A stretch of 64,000 bases of DNA. Origin: Candidatus Dadabacteria bacterium. GTDB taxonomy: Bacteria; Desulfobacterota_D; UBA1144; Nemesobacterales; Nemesobacteraceae. Below the pieces are notes generated by a model. The model was given only the letters and a program-made list of their open reading frames with translations, was not told the origin of the DNA and did not search any database. Positions 1-9,741 of this stretch are shown here, piece by piece (the stretch's first letter is position 1; the number at the start of each line of letters is the position of its first letter). The stretch is taken from NCBI GenBank assembly GCA_009837205.1, contig VXTZ01000022.1, positions 70,560 to 134,559 of the forward strand, in the 5' to 3' direction. The position numbers were made by a program, and so were the translations under genes.

Positions 1-818
1 TCCAAAGAAGCATGGTTATGGTCATCGGACCCACCCCGCCGGGAACGGGGGTTATGTAAGAGGCTTTTTCCTTTACGTCCTCAAAGTCAATGTCGCCGAT
101 GATCTTTCCGCTCTCGTTCCTGTTGATTCCGACATCGATTAAAACGGCTCCGTCCTTTATCATCTCCTTTTTTATGAATTGCGGATCTCCTATTGCGACT
201 ATCAGTATGTCCGCCATGGTGGTTATAGACGAGAGGTTTTGAGTTTCGATATGGGCTATGGTGACGGTGGCGTCCCTGTTGAGCATCAAGGCCGCCGCGG
301 GTTTTCCAACTATGTTGCTTTTTCCCACGACCACTACGTGCTTGCCCAATATCTCTATGCCGTAGTAATCGAGAATTTTTTCTATTCCGTACGGGGTGCA
401 GGAGATAGCGCTAGGATTTTCCTGGAACAGTTTTCCGATGTTCTCGGGATGAAATCCGTCGACATCTTTGTCAGGAGACACCGTTCTTATCACTTTTGCT
501 TGGTTCATATGGATCGGAAGGGGAAGCTGTACCAGTATGCCGTGAATCTTTTCATCCGAGTTGAGGCGCTCGATCAGCGAAAGAAGCTCCTCTTCAGTGG
601 TTTCCTCCGGAAGATTGTATTCTTCTGAAAGCATTCCACATCTTCCGCACGCCCTTCTCTTGTTCCTCACGTATATTTCGGACGCGGGATCGTCGCCGAC
701 CAGAATGGAAGCAAGACCGGGCATTACTCCCGTGCGGTCTTTAAGTTCCTGGGTCCTTTGGATGATCCATTCTTTAATGTCTTGAGAGACCTTTTTGCCA
801 TCCATGATTTTAGACATG
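1..818 (-). CDS. folD: Bifunctional methylenetetrahydrofolate dehydrogenase/cyclohydrolase FolD, N-terminal about 272 aa; the C-terminus runs off the window edge
   Basis: Reverse translation from the ATG at 816-818 gives MSKIMDGKKVSQDIKEWIIQRTQELKDRTGVMPGLASILVGDDPASEIYV..., the canonical FolD N-terminus. The ORF is absent from the track because its stop lies outside the window. Confidence 0.85.
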
Positions 819-990
819 TTCAGTTTCCTTTTTTTCGAAAGATGGCTGGTTGGAAAGTTGTTAGTATAATCGACTCCAGCGGGTTAATCCACATTGGACC
901 GGATTTATCTGGATAGTGTCTGCCGGAGAAGTCCTTGCAGCGCCCCGGCGGGAAGTCGGCCCGATCAGAGCCGAATCTTGGGAAACGTTA

Positions 991-1827
991 TCAATAACCC
1001 AAAACGCTGTAGTCGCCGTTTATGATCAGACGAATGGAGACGTAGAGCCCCAGTAGCGCGAAAAGCACCCATGGAGAATTCATCCCCCAGATGTAGATGT
1101 ACATATCCCCTCGGCTGATTCGGGTTTGTCGATTGGCCGAGAAGAAGCTGACCCAATAAACTGAGGTCATGTACGTCAACTGCCAGAACAGTATTACTCC
1201 GACGATGCCCGCAACAGGGGCGGACAAAATATCGAAGGTGAAGGCAGCGTAGAGAATCAACGTCGGGATCGGGGTCACGAAGCCGTTGGCAACATCCACG
1301 CTGTAACCGTATGTACGCCGGTCTGCGTAGGAACCGTCGAACTGGGAATACGTCGCCCAGACATCCGCCCATACCGTTGGCGACAATACCTTCGTCAACG
1401 GAATCTTTGTGGTAAGGAATTCGGTGGATGGTTTTCGGCTCGTTTCCCGCCAGCGCTTGCGCCAATATTCGGTGCGCTGCTCGATATAGTCGCGTCTGAG
1501 AAACAGGCACACTTCCCAATAGCAGATCACCAGATTAATCGAAAGGAACAGAATCAACAGGGCATGAATAACGTTGAAATCCCCGCGGGTCCAGTAACGT
1601 GCGCCAATGCCCGCTAAGGTCAGAATCGCGATAACCAGCACTGTGAACAGCATCGCCGAAATTGCCAGCCTGACCCGGCGTGCCTTGGGTTCGGAATGCG
1701 CTCGGTCGGTTCGGTTTTGGGGCATGTGTTCTGATCCTCGCAAAAAGTCCGGCGTTACAACTCGCCACATTATACCCTTCGAAGCGTCCCACGTCTTGGA
1801 CAAATGTGCTGTGCTCCGGATGGACAC
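991..1827 (-). CDS. Hypothetical polytopic membrane protein; start uncertain (alternative in-frame Met codons at about 1770 and 1725)
   Basis: 278-aa ORF with several hydrophobic helices and Trp/Tyr-rich loops; I recognise no family. Nucleotide composition differs from the flanking folD and thiD. Confidence 0.55.
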   Translation of the reverse strand: MSIRSTAHLSKTWDASKGIMWRVVTPDFLRGSEHMPQNRTDRAHSEPKARRVRLAISAMLFTVLVIAILTLAGIGARYWTRGDFNVIHALLILFLSINLVICYWEVCLFLRRDYIEQRTEYWRKRWRETSRKPSTEFLTTKIPLTKVLSPTVWADVWATYSQFDGSYADRRTYGYSVDVANGFVTPIPTLILYAAFTFDILSAPVAGIVGVILFWQLTYMTSVYWVSFFSANRQTRISRGDMYIYIWGMNSPWVLFALLGLYVSIRLIINGDYSVLGY

Positions 1828-1904
1828 TTTCTATAGGGAAATTATATACAATAGTCAAAAAAACTTGATTTCCCTGCTGAAATTGTTCATCCAGTGAGAT
1901 TCAT

Positions 1905-2108
1905 ATGCTGAAACATTTTTTGTTAATCTGCCTGTTATGCATTCCTGCAACTGTCTGGATGCTCTACAAACCAATGCGGGTTATTGTCCCTGAATTAAAT
2001 GGAGTTTCATGTATCGGTGAGGATATTTGCACTGACAATGCGTTGCGCTACGAGGAAGCGATTGCATTATATGAGGAAGCTTATGAATTCATGGACTTAA
2101 AGATGTAA
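1905..2108 (+). CDS. Small hypothetical protein (67 aa) with a signal-peptide-like N-terminus
   Basis: Hydrophobic, Cys-containing N-terminus (LLICLLCIPATVW) in an AT-rich ORF between the membrane protein and thiD; could be spurious. Confidence 0.25.
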   Translation: MLKHFLLICLLCIPATVWMLYKPMRVIVPELNGVSCIGEDICTDNALRYEEAIALYEEAYEFMDLKM

Positions 2109-2205
2109 TTACCAATGGTTTCAATCAGTGGGAGGAGAAAATCTGTGGCAAAAGGCGGGAAAGCTGTAACGATGCGCAACAGGCAAAATCGTTTAGCCTT
2201 GTGGT

Positions 2206-3000
2206 TCAGGTTTTTCCGAGGTGATTAAGGGGCCCGTGGCCCTTTCCTATCTCCAGAGAGTTTCTTATCGCTTCCGTCACAAAGGCTTTTGAATTCTCAA
2301 GGGAAACCGGAAGAGACATTCCCTTCGCCAGAAAAGCGCACACGGCCGCCGAAAAGGTGCAGCCGGTTCCGTGGGTGTTCTTCGTCTCGATTCTCTCGCT
2401 AACCAGTTCTTTGAATGTTTCTCCGTCGAAAAAAAGATCTACCGCCGGGTGATCTTTTGCGAGATGGCCCCCTTTTACAAGAACCGCTTTCGCTCCAAAC
2501 GAGTAGATCTTCTCGGCTGCGGTCTTCATATCGCTTATGCCGCTTATGCTAACAGAACTCAGTATTTCTGCCTCGGGTATGTTCGGAGTCACTATGAGCG
2601 CCCTTGGGATAATCTCTTTTTTTAGAAGTTCCGTTGAGTCTTTTAAAAGAGTGGTTCCGCCTTTTGAACTCATCACGGGATCGACAACGAGCTTTTCAAT
2701 TCCATAGAGGTCTATTTTTTCCGCCACGATCTCAATGATTTTTTCATTGGAAAGCATTCCGAGCTTCGCCGCGTCGCAGCCTATATCGCTCATCACGGCG
2801 TCAAACTGCAGTCCCACAAACTGCTCGGGAAGATCATGGATCGCGCTTACCTCCAGGGTGTTCTGGGCGGTAACGGAGGTGAGCACGGAAAGTCCGTACA
2901 CTCCCAAAGCAGTGAAAGTTTTAAGGTCAGCCTGGATCCCTGCCCCTCCTCCTGAATCGGACCCGGCAACGGTAAGCGCTCTTGGGATTTTTTCCGCCAC
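2206..3000 (-). CDS. thiD: Hydroxymethylpyrimidine/phosphomethylpyrimidine kinase
   Basis: [20 protein letters not shown]...GTGCTFSAA motifs typical of ThiD/PdxK-family ribokinase-like kinases. Confidence 0.9.
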   Translation of the reverse strand: MAEKIPRALTVAGSDSGGGAGIQADLKTFTALGVYGLSVLTSVTAQNTLEVSAIHDLPEQFVGLQFDAVMSDIGCDAAKLGMLSNEKIIEIVAEKIDLYGIEKLVVDPVMSSKGGTTLLKDSTELLKKEIIPRALIVTPNIPEAEILSSVSISGISDMKTAAEKIYSFGAKAVLVKGGHLAKDHPAVDLFFDGETFKELVSERIETKNTHGTGCTFSAAVCAFLAKGMSLPVSLENSKAFVTEAIRNSLEIGKGHGPLNHLGKT

Positions 3001-3075
3001 GTAAGGATTCTACAAATTCACCTGTTTTTTTACAAACCCGGACAAGGGCTTCTCTGCCAAGGGTCTTTACTGGAA

Positions 3076-3104
3076 TTGAAAACTGTTTTCAGTTGTATAT
3101 AATT
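3076..3104 (+). promoter_or_regulatory. Putative sigma70-type promoter (TTGAAA, 16-nt spacer, TATAAT) upstream of the 3143 CDS
   Basis: ttgaaa actgttttcagttgta tataat, about 40 bp upstream of the ATG at 3143. Confidence 0.3.
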
Positions 3105-3142
3105 TCCCTTCACGCTAAACGATCGTTTAAGGAGATAGAGTC

Positions 3143-3550
3143 ATGAGCGAAGATATTTTCAGACCGGATTTGTTTACAACCGACGATGAGGGCAGAGTGA
3201 GGCTGATTGCGGGTTACTGCAAGGAATCCGACAACTGGACCTTCCCTAGGTACCTTGCGGACCCAGTGAGTTTTTCAGATGACGTGGAAGAGAGACTTCT
3301 CAGCCCAACAGGCATTCTGCATTCCTTTACAGTTGTAAGAAGAAGCATGCCGGAATTCACGGTGCCCTATGTTCTAGCTCTTGTTGATTTTCCGGAAGGC
3401 GTGAGGGTCATGGCGCAGGTTGAAACCGAAGATCCTGATTCTCTTGAGTTCGGAGAGGAGATGGGCATTACGGTAGGGGTGATAAAGAAAGCGCCAGACG
3501 GAACGGATGTCAGTTCCTACAAGTTTATCCCGGTAAGGGAGAGCTCCTGA
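3143..3550 (+). CDS. DUF35-type Zn-ribbon/OB-fold protein (thiolase/acyl-CoA-associated family), stand-alone
   Basis: 135 aa with a conserved OB-fold C-terminal region (FPEGVRVMAQVET...) characteristic of DUF35/ChsH2-like proteins. Confidence 0.6.
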   Translation: MSEDIFRPDLFTTDDEGRVRLIAGYCKESDNWTFPRYLADPVSFSDDVEERLLSPTGILHSFTVVRRSMPEFTVPYVLALVDFPEGVRVMAQVETEDPDSLEFGEEMGITVGVIKKAPDGTDVSSYKFIPVRESS

Positions 3551-4912
3551 TCAGCCGATCTCATTGATCGTTTCCCTAAGGGTTTTTTCCACGGTTTCCC
3601 TTATTTCCGCGAGTCTTGATTCCGTCTGAGCTTCAAAACGAAGCACCAGGGCTGGCTGGGTGTTGGATGCCCGGAGAAGGCCCCATCCGTCCGGATACTC
3701 AACCCTGACTCCATCTATGTCAACCACTTCGTTTTGCTCCCCGAGTTTTTTCTTTACCGCTTCCGTTACCTGAAACTTGATTTCATCGGGACAATCCACT
3801 CTTATCTCCGGGGTTGCGAAGGTCTTAGGTAGTCCTGTAAGCAGTTCCGAGGCCTTCTTTCCCGTTTTCGAGAGAATTTCAAGAAACCGAAGTCCAGCGT
3901 AAAGAGCGTCGTCGTATCCGAAAAACCTGTTTTTAAAGAAGATGTGGCCACTCATTTCTCCACCGAGTTCGGCACCCTCCTTTTTCATCTTGTCCTTGAT
4001 TACCGAGTGGCCGGTTTTCCACATGATGGGATTTCCGCCGGCTTCCCGTATCTTGGAGAAAAGATTTCCTGAACACTTAACGTCCCCTATTATGGTCGCT
4101 CCCGGGTTCGTTTCGAGAAGATCGAGCGAATAGACAAGTAGCAGCATGTCTCCGCTCATTGAGTTTCCCTGCTCATCGACGATTCCTATCCTGTCCGCGT
4201 CCCCGTCAAACGCCAAGCCCACGTCGAGACCGGCTTCCACGATCTTTTTCTTTATGTCGGAGAGGTTCTCCTCGACCGTGGGGTCGGGGTGGTGGTTCGG
4301 AAAATCCCCGTCGGGGTCCATGTATAGCTCATGAACTTCGCAGCCGAATCTTCTGAGTATCTGCGGGCAGGCCACTCCGGCGGTTCCGTTGCCGCCGTCG
4401 GCCGCGACTTTTATCCCCGGTTCTATATGAAGATTCTCCTCGAAAAATTCAAGGTAGCTCTCAATTATATCTGCCTGTTTCTTTCTGCCCTTCCCTGTTT
4501 TGAACTTTCCCTCTTCGACCGATTCTCTTATTTTCTGTATGCCTTCGCCGAAAAGGGAGTTCTGCCCGACGCACATTTTAAGCCCGTTGTACTCAGAGGG
4601 ATTGTGGCTGGCGGTTACCATCACCCCGCCGTCAACGCCTGAGGTAAAGGTGGAGAAATAAACCATCGGGGTCGTTACCATTCCTATGTCGACCACGCTA
4701 ACGCCGGTTGACGTTATTCCTTCGCAGAGCGCGTCCCGAAATGCCGGGGAAGACTTCCTGCAGTCGTATCCAACGGAAACCTCCGATCCCCCGTCCTCGG
4801 CCACCATGGTTCCGTAGGCTTTTCCGATTCTCTCGACGACCTCTTCTGTGATGCTCTCCCCCGCTATGCCCCTTATGTCGTATTCTCTGAATATAGCTTT
4901 GTCGGGAATCAA
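3551..4912 (-). CDS. Phosphomannomutase/phosphoglucomutase (alpha-D-phosphohexomutase family)
   Basis: Active-site TASHNPSEYNGLK and metal-binding DGDADR motifs; 453 aa. Confidence 0.9.
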   Translation of the reverse strand: MIPDKAIFREYDIRGIAGESITEEVVERIGKAYGTMVAEDGGSEVSVGYDCRKSSPAFRDALCEGITSTGVSVVDIGMVTTPMVYFSTFTSGVDGGVMVTASHNPSEYNGLKMCVGQNSLFGEGIQKIRESVEEGKFKTGKGRKKQADIIESYLEFFEENLHIEPGIKVAADGGNGTAGVACPQILRRFGCEVHELYMDPDGDFPNHHPDPTVEENLSDIKKKIVEAGLDVGLAFDGDADRIGIVDEQGNSMSGDMLLLVYSLDLLETNPGATIIGDVKCSGNLFSKIREAGGNPIMWKTGHSVIKDKMKKEGAELGGEMSGHIFFKNRFFGYDDALYAGLRFLEILSKTGKKASELLTGLPKTFATPEIRVDCPDEIKFQVTEAVKKKLGEQNEVVDIDGVRVEYPDGWGLLRASNTQPALVLRFEAQTESRLAEIRETVEKTLRETINEIG

Positions 4913-5020
4913 CGTTAACGTAACTCCTTTATTTTTTAAGCCCTTAATTATAATATCCCCGGGGATTTATAAAAGGCGTTCTTCTTGACTTTAGTTTTTC
5001 GAGTCTTATCATTTCCTTCC

Positions 5021-6508
5021 ATGGTTTCTCCCTCCTATGAACAGTTCCTAGAGAACCTCGAACACGGGAATCTCGTACCCGTATGGGAGGAAGTTCTGGC
5101 CGATTACGACACTCCGGTTTCGGTTTTCAGGAAGATAGACTCGCCCGGTTACTCCTTTCTATTCGAAAGCGTGGAGGGCGGAGACAAGTGGGCGCGCTAC
5201 AGCTTTCTGGGCACGGAACCCTCGGTGGTATTCCGCTCGAAGGGCCAAAGCATCGAGATAATGTACTCGGACGGGGAAACCGAAACGTTCACGGGCGACC
5301 CGATTCTGGCGTTGCGGGACCTGCTTTCACGATACAGGCCGGTTTCTTCGGAGGAACTTCCGAGATTTCACGGTGGGGCAGTCGGTTACTTCGGTTACGA
5401 CATAATCAGATTTATAGAGGATATTCCCGATACCTCTCCTGATGAGCTCAAGGTCTGGGACTCCGTTTACATGGTAATGGATACCGTTTTGGCATTTGAT
5501 AACGTTACGAGCAAGATAAAGATCATCTCAAATGCCTATGTTCCCGACATTAAAAATGCGAGGGAGGAGTACGAAAAATCCCTTACGAAAATAGCCGAGC
5601 TTAAAAGCAGGCTTAGAAATTCGCTTAGCGAAAGGTTTACCAACGGTATTCCTCAAGATGTTGGCGAGGAAAAATTCAAGATCGAATCCAATTTCGAACC
5701 CGCACACTTCAAAGATGCGGTTCTCAGAACCAAGGAGTACATAAAATCAGGGGACATAATACAGGCAGTGATCTCCCAGAGATGGAAGACGGACCTGAGG
5801 GTCGATCCTTTCGATCTCTACAGGGCGCTCAGGATACTAAACCCTTCTCCGTACATGTTTTTTCTGAGGATGGGTGACGAGATACTCACAGGATCTTCTC
5901 CGGAGGTGATGGTAAGGGTCGAGGGGGAAAGAATCGCAAGCCGTCCGATAGCCGGGACGCGGCCGAGAGGAAAAACCGTCTCCGAGGACGAAAGCCTCGC
6001 GGCCGAACTCATTGCGGACCCCAAGGAGAGGGCCGAGCACATAATGCTCGTTGATCTCGCGAGAAACGATCTGGGAAGAGTTTCCAACACGGGCTCGGTC
6101 AAAGTGGACGATTTCATGATCGTGGAGAGATATTCCCACGTGATGCATATAGTTTCGAACGTGACGGCTCTGATTGCCGAGGGAGTGGATGCCTTTGACG
6201 TCATAAAGGCGACTTTTCCCGCGGGCACTCTTTCCGGAGCGCCGAAGGTAAGGGCAATGGAGATAATCGAGGAAACCGAGCCGACGACGAGAGGAGCATA
6301 CGGGGGATGCGTCTGCTACTTCAGTTTTTCGGGCAACATGGACAGTTGCATAACCATAAGAACGTTCGTGATAAAAGACGGCAAAATCTACATACAGGCG
6401 GGGGCTGGCATAGTGGCAGATTCGGATCCTGAAACCGAGTACCAGGAAACGGTTAACAAGGTAAAGGCCTTGGTGAATTCGGTTGAGCTTGCGGAGGAGG
6501 GACTCTGA
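5021..6508 (+). CDS. trpE: Anthranilate synthase component I; the track ORF begins at a TTG at 4985 and the ATG at 5021 is the alternative start
   Basis: Chorismate-binding-enzyme motifs (LVDLARNDLGRV, GTLSGAPKVRAMEII); about 500 aa. Confidence 0.9.
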   Translation: MVSPSYEQFLENLEHGNLVPVWEEVLADYDTPVSVFRKIDSPGYSFLFESVEGGDKWARYSFLGTEPSVVFRSKGQSIEIMYSDGETETFTGDPILALRDLLSRYRPVSSEELPRFHGGAVGYFGYDIIRFIEDIPDTSPDELKVWDSVYMVMDTVLAFDNVTSKIKIISNAYVPDIKNAREEYEKSLTKIAELKSRLRNSLSERFTNGIPQDVGEEKFKIESNFEPAHFKDAVLRTKEYIKSGDIIQAVISQRWKTDLRVDPFDLYRALRILNPSPYMFFLRMGDEILTGSSPEVMVRVEGERIASRPIAGTRPRGKTVSEDESLAAELIADPKERAEHIMLVDLARNDLGRVSNTGSVKVDDFMIVERYSHVMHIVSNVTALIAEGVDAFDVIKATFPAGTLSGAPKVRAMEIIEETEPTTRGAYGGCVCYFSFSGNMDSCITIRTFVIKDGKIYIQAGAGIVADSDPETEYQETVNKVKALVNSVELAEEGL

Positions 6509-7098
6509 TGACCGGGAACAAAAGGAAAGTGATTCTGATGATTGATAATTACGATTCCTTTACCTACAACTTGGTCCACTATCTGGGGGAACTCGGTCAG
6601 CAGATCGAGGTGAGGAGAAACGACAGTCTTGATTTGGGTTTCGTGGATGATCTTGACCCCGACATAATCGTAATCTCTCCCGGGCCCTGCACTCCCAAAG
6701 AGGCCGGGCTTTCGGTCGACATAATAAAAAGGTATGTCGGGGAAAAACCCATTCTCGGCGTCTGCCTGGGTCACCAGGCGGTGGGCTATGCATACGGGGC
6801 GAACATAATCCGGGCAGAGAGGCTTCTGCACGGAAAAACTTCCCCGATCCTTCACGACGGAAAAACCATCTATAAGGATCTTCCAAATCCCTTTGAAGCT
6901 ACGAGATACCATTCACTTCTGGTGGAAGAGGCATCCCTTCCGTCCGACTTCGAAATTTCCGCTTGGACCAAGGAGGGTGAAATCATGGGGATAAGGCACA
7001 GAGAACTTCCTGTTGAGGGCGTTCAGTTCCACCCCGAGTCCATCCTTACGGAGTGCGGGAAGGATCTTCTAAGAAACTTTATCGATTGCTATGGGTAA
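6508..7098 (+). CDS. trpG: Anthranilate synthase component II (class I glutamine amidotransferase)
   Basis: GVCLGHQ catalytic Cys motif and HPES; start overlaps the trpE stop (TGATG). Confidence 0.9.
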   Translation: MTGNKRKVILMIDNYDSFTYNLVHYLGELGQQIEVRRNDSLDLGFVDDLDPDIIVISPGPCTPKEAGLSVDIIKRYVGEKPILGVCLGHQAVGYAYGANIIRAERLLHGKTSPILHDGKTIYKDLPNPFEATRYHSLLVEEASLPSDFEISAWTKEGEIMGIRHRELPVEGVQFHPESILTECGKDLLRNFIDCYG

Positions 7099-7100
7099 AG

Positions 7101-7128
7101 CCGATACGGCTTTCCCTTTTTTCCCTGC
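7101..7128 (+). terminator. Rho-independent terminator after trpG
   Basis: GCCGatacGGC hairpin followed by tttcccttttttcc. Confidence 0.5.
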
Positions 7129-7366
7129 TTGAGAACCCCTTTCGACTTATTAACATATTTAGAGCATAAGACTGCATTTTGACCAGCTTTTTCCCCAAAT
7201 GCGGTCCTGAACCGAAAAAGCGGTTTACGGTCTGTTTTTACTTGACCACATTTCAGTGTGAGCGCAAAGTTCTGAAGGAGTTAAGTCTGTTAAGCCATGT
7301 CTGAGTTGGTTAAACAAAGAGAAGTTTTAAGAGAGCGGGATTCGAGTCCGTTTCGCAGGAGGTCAG

Positions 7367-9142
7367 ATGGGCCTTCTGGTTGAAGCTTTCATTTTTCTGC
7401 TGGCGACGATTGTTGTTGTTCCTGTCTGCCGTAAGTTCGGATTGAGCAGCGTGCTTGGCTACCTGCTTGTTGGATTGCTGATCGGTCCAGGCGTGTTCGG
7501 GCTTGTGGGCAATGCAACGGAAGTTCTGCACTTCGCTGAGTTTGGAATCGTTCTGTTGATGTTTCTCATCGGTCTCGAACTTCGTCCGCATCGTCTCTGG
7601 ACCATGCGGAGATTTCTCTTCGGGCTGGGTACAACCCAGATCCTTATCACCTCAGTCGTCATTGCGGTGTTCTGTTTCATGTTGCTGGGGATGGGGACGC
7701 CTGCGTCAATACTGATCGGGTTCTCTCTTGCTCTTTCAAGTACGGCATTTGTCGTGCAGTGGCTCGGGGAGCACAGGGAATTCAACAGGCCCCATGGACG
7801 TGCGGCTTTCGGCACGCTGCTTATGCAGGATGTCGCCGTTATCCCTGCAATAGCCTTAATAGGCATCTTGTCTTCTAAGCCCGGGGATTCGGCGTCGTTG
7901 AACTTGCTGCTTCTTATCGCTGTTGTGGCTGGATTCGTGGTTGCTCGGTTTACGCTTCGCCCCGCCCTGCGTTTTGTTGCCTCCACGGGAATCCATGAAC
8001 TTTTCACGGCCGCCGCGCTTACGCTTGTGACAGGCGCCGCCTTGGCGATGCATAGCATCGGTTTTTCAATGGGGCTCGGGGCTTTCGTGGCGGGCGTTAT
8101 GGTTGCCGATTCTGAGTATCGCCACCAGCTTGAAGCGGACGTAATGCCCTTTAAGGGGCTGCTTGTGGGTCTTTTCTTCATTGCGGTCGGCATGTCGGCC
8201 AACCTGGGTTTGTTGATCAGCAAGCCGCTTTTGATCGTCGGACTGACTGCGGTTCTCATGGTCGTAAAGTCGCTCGTTATATACCCGCTTGCCAGATTGC
8301 AGGGTCTTAGGCACGATGAAGCGGTAAGGACAGGACTTGTGCTTTCCCAGGGCGGGGAGTTTGCCTTTATTCTGTTTACAATAGGCGTTTCGGCGCAGCT
8401 TGTAGATCAATTCGTGGTCGATATTGCCGTTTTGGTGGTAACGTTGTCAATGGCGGCAACACCTTTTCTCGTTGCGCTCGGTTCCCGGTTCGGTGCCGAA
8501 AAGGACAGTGCACCCGCTCCTTTAGAGGAAACCCATGGATCGCAAAATTCCGTTATCATCGTAGGGTTTGGTCCGTTCGGCCAGACCGTAGCTCGGATAC
8601 TGACCATACTTGAAATTCCATTCACGGTGATTGAACTCGATCCCAAGAGGGTTGACTTCGTTCGTCAGTTTGCAAGCGAAACATACTATGGCAACGCGTC
8701 GAGCCTGCGGGTTCTGCTATCTGCTCATATTGACCGAGCTCCTGCGATCGTCGTGGCGATCGACGATGTCGAATCGTCTCTGAAAATAGTCAGTCAGGTA
8801 TCTAATTCCTTTCCGAACCTTAAAATTATGGCGCGCGCTAGGAATCGTTTTCACGAAATAAAGCTCCGCGAGCTTGGAGTGACCTCCGTGATTCGCGAGA
8901 CTCTGCTTTCAAGCCTTGCTCTTTCAACCCAACTGCTTGAGCATCTGGGGTTACCCCAGTCCGATGCGGCGGAGATAATCCAAGCTTTTCGGGAACACGA
9001 TGCCCAAGCTCTGGATAATCAGATGGCGGTTTACCACGATAAAACCGGGTTTCCTGAAGATGTGTTTGATACGACGCAGGAACTAAAGGAATTGTTCAAG
9101 GAAGATAAAAAAACCAGTCTGCGCGTCGAAAAGAAAACTTGA
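7367..9142 (+). CDS. KefB/KefC-family (CPA2) K+/H+ antiporter with a C-terminal RCK/TrkA-N domain
   Basis: N-terminal Na+/H+ exchanger helices and a GFGPFGQ Rossmann motif of the RCK domain; about 45 percent similar to E. coli KefC by eye; codon usage (CTG-rich Leu) differs from its neighbours. Confidence 0.85.
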   Translation: MGLLVEAFIFLLATIVVVPVCRKFGLSSVLGYLLVGLLIGPGVFGLVGNATEVLHFAEFGIVLLMFLIGLELRPHRLWTMRRFLFGLGTTQILITSVVIAVFCFMLLGMGTPASILIGFSLALSSTAFVVQWLGEHREFNRPHGRAAFGTLLMQDVAVIPAIALIGILSSKPGDSASLNLLLLIAVVAGFVVARFTLRPALRFVASTGIHELFTAAALTLVTGAALAMHSIGFSMGLGAFVAGVMVADSEYRHQLEADVMPFKGLLVGLFFIAVGMSANLGLLISKPLLIVGLTAVLMVVKSLVIYPLARLQGLRHDEAVRTGLVLSQGGEFAFILFTIGVSAQLVDQFVVDIAVLVVTLSMAATPFLVALGSRFGAEKDSAPAPLEETHGSQNSVIIVGFGPFGQTVARILTILEIPFTVIELDPKRVDFVRQFASETYYGNASSLRVLLSAHIDRAPAIVVAIDDVESSLKIVSQVSNSFPNLKIMARARNRFHEIKLRELGVTSVIRETLLSSLALSTQLLEHLGLPQSDAAEIIQAFREHDAQALDNQMAVYHDKTGFPEDVFDTTQELKELFKEDKKTSLRVEKKT

Positions 9143-9185
9143 TTAGTTTTTTACAAACTTGGGTGTTAGGCACCTACCAGAGTTT

Positions 9186-9545
9186 GCATATGTTGCTTCA
9201 GTTTTTCGGGCAACATGGACAGCTGCATAATCATAAGAGCGTTAGTTATAAAAGACGGTAAAATCTACATATAGGCAGGAGCCGGTATAGTGGCAGATTC
9301 GAATCCAGAAACCGAGTACCAAGAAACGGTTAACAAGGTAAAGGCCTTGGTGAAGTTGGTTGAACTTGCGGAGAACGGACTCTGATGACCGGGAGCAAAA
9401 AAGGGGATAATTTTGAGTTCTTGGATGATCTTGCCTCTGACATAATCGTGATCCCCCCTCCCCGGCCCTTGCATCCTCAAAGAAGCTGGCTTTCGGTCGA
9501 CATAATAAAAAGGTACGTCGGGGAAAAACCCATTCTCGGTGTTAA
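9186..9545 (+). pseudogene. Degenerate duplicate of the trpE 3' end plus the trpG 5' end (trpE'-trpG' fragments)
   Basis: 9190-9385 is about 88 percent identical to 6310-6505 and contains an in-frame TAG; the following trpG' part (MTGSKKGDNF...SVDIIKRYVGEKPILGV) lacks about 40 codons relative to the intact trpG and is then fused to unrelated sequence. Confidence 0.85.
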
Positions 9546-9741
9546 TCTATACTTTCATCACATAGTTTTTGAGAATAGCCAGGATGCAAGTTTCCAAGGT
9601 GTTGTGGGCAAACATCCTGTTACGAGCGCTAAGGGCACAATAGAGTTCGTGACCTCACCGGAAGTGACAATTCTTGAGTTTTCAGCCCGGTCTTGTATCC
9701 TAATCGCTTCAACTTCTTGTATATATTTGAGGAAGATATCA

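Noticed and set aside
179-628. 149-aa plus-strand ORF
   Set aside because: Antisense shadow ORF inside folD. The same applies to other long antisense ORFs, for example 7459-8259 within kefC, 36668-37669 opposite the LivK-like gene, 48759-49529 opposite rpsI and the inositol-1-phosphate synthase gene, and 33922-34797 opposite the carboxyltransferase.
3001-3142. Possible TPP riboswitch upstream of thiD
   Set aside because: No CUGAGA or GGGGUGCCC-type THI-box elements found on the thiD strand.
7325-7352. tRNA-like GGATTCGAGTCC motif upstream of kefC
   Set aside because: Flanking sequence cannot be folded into acceptor, D or anticodon arms; at most a tRNA fragment and more likely chance.
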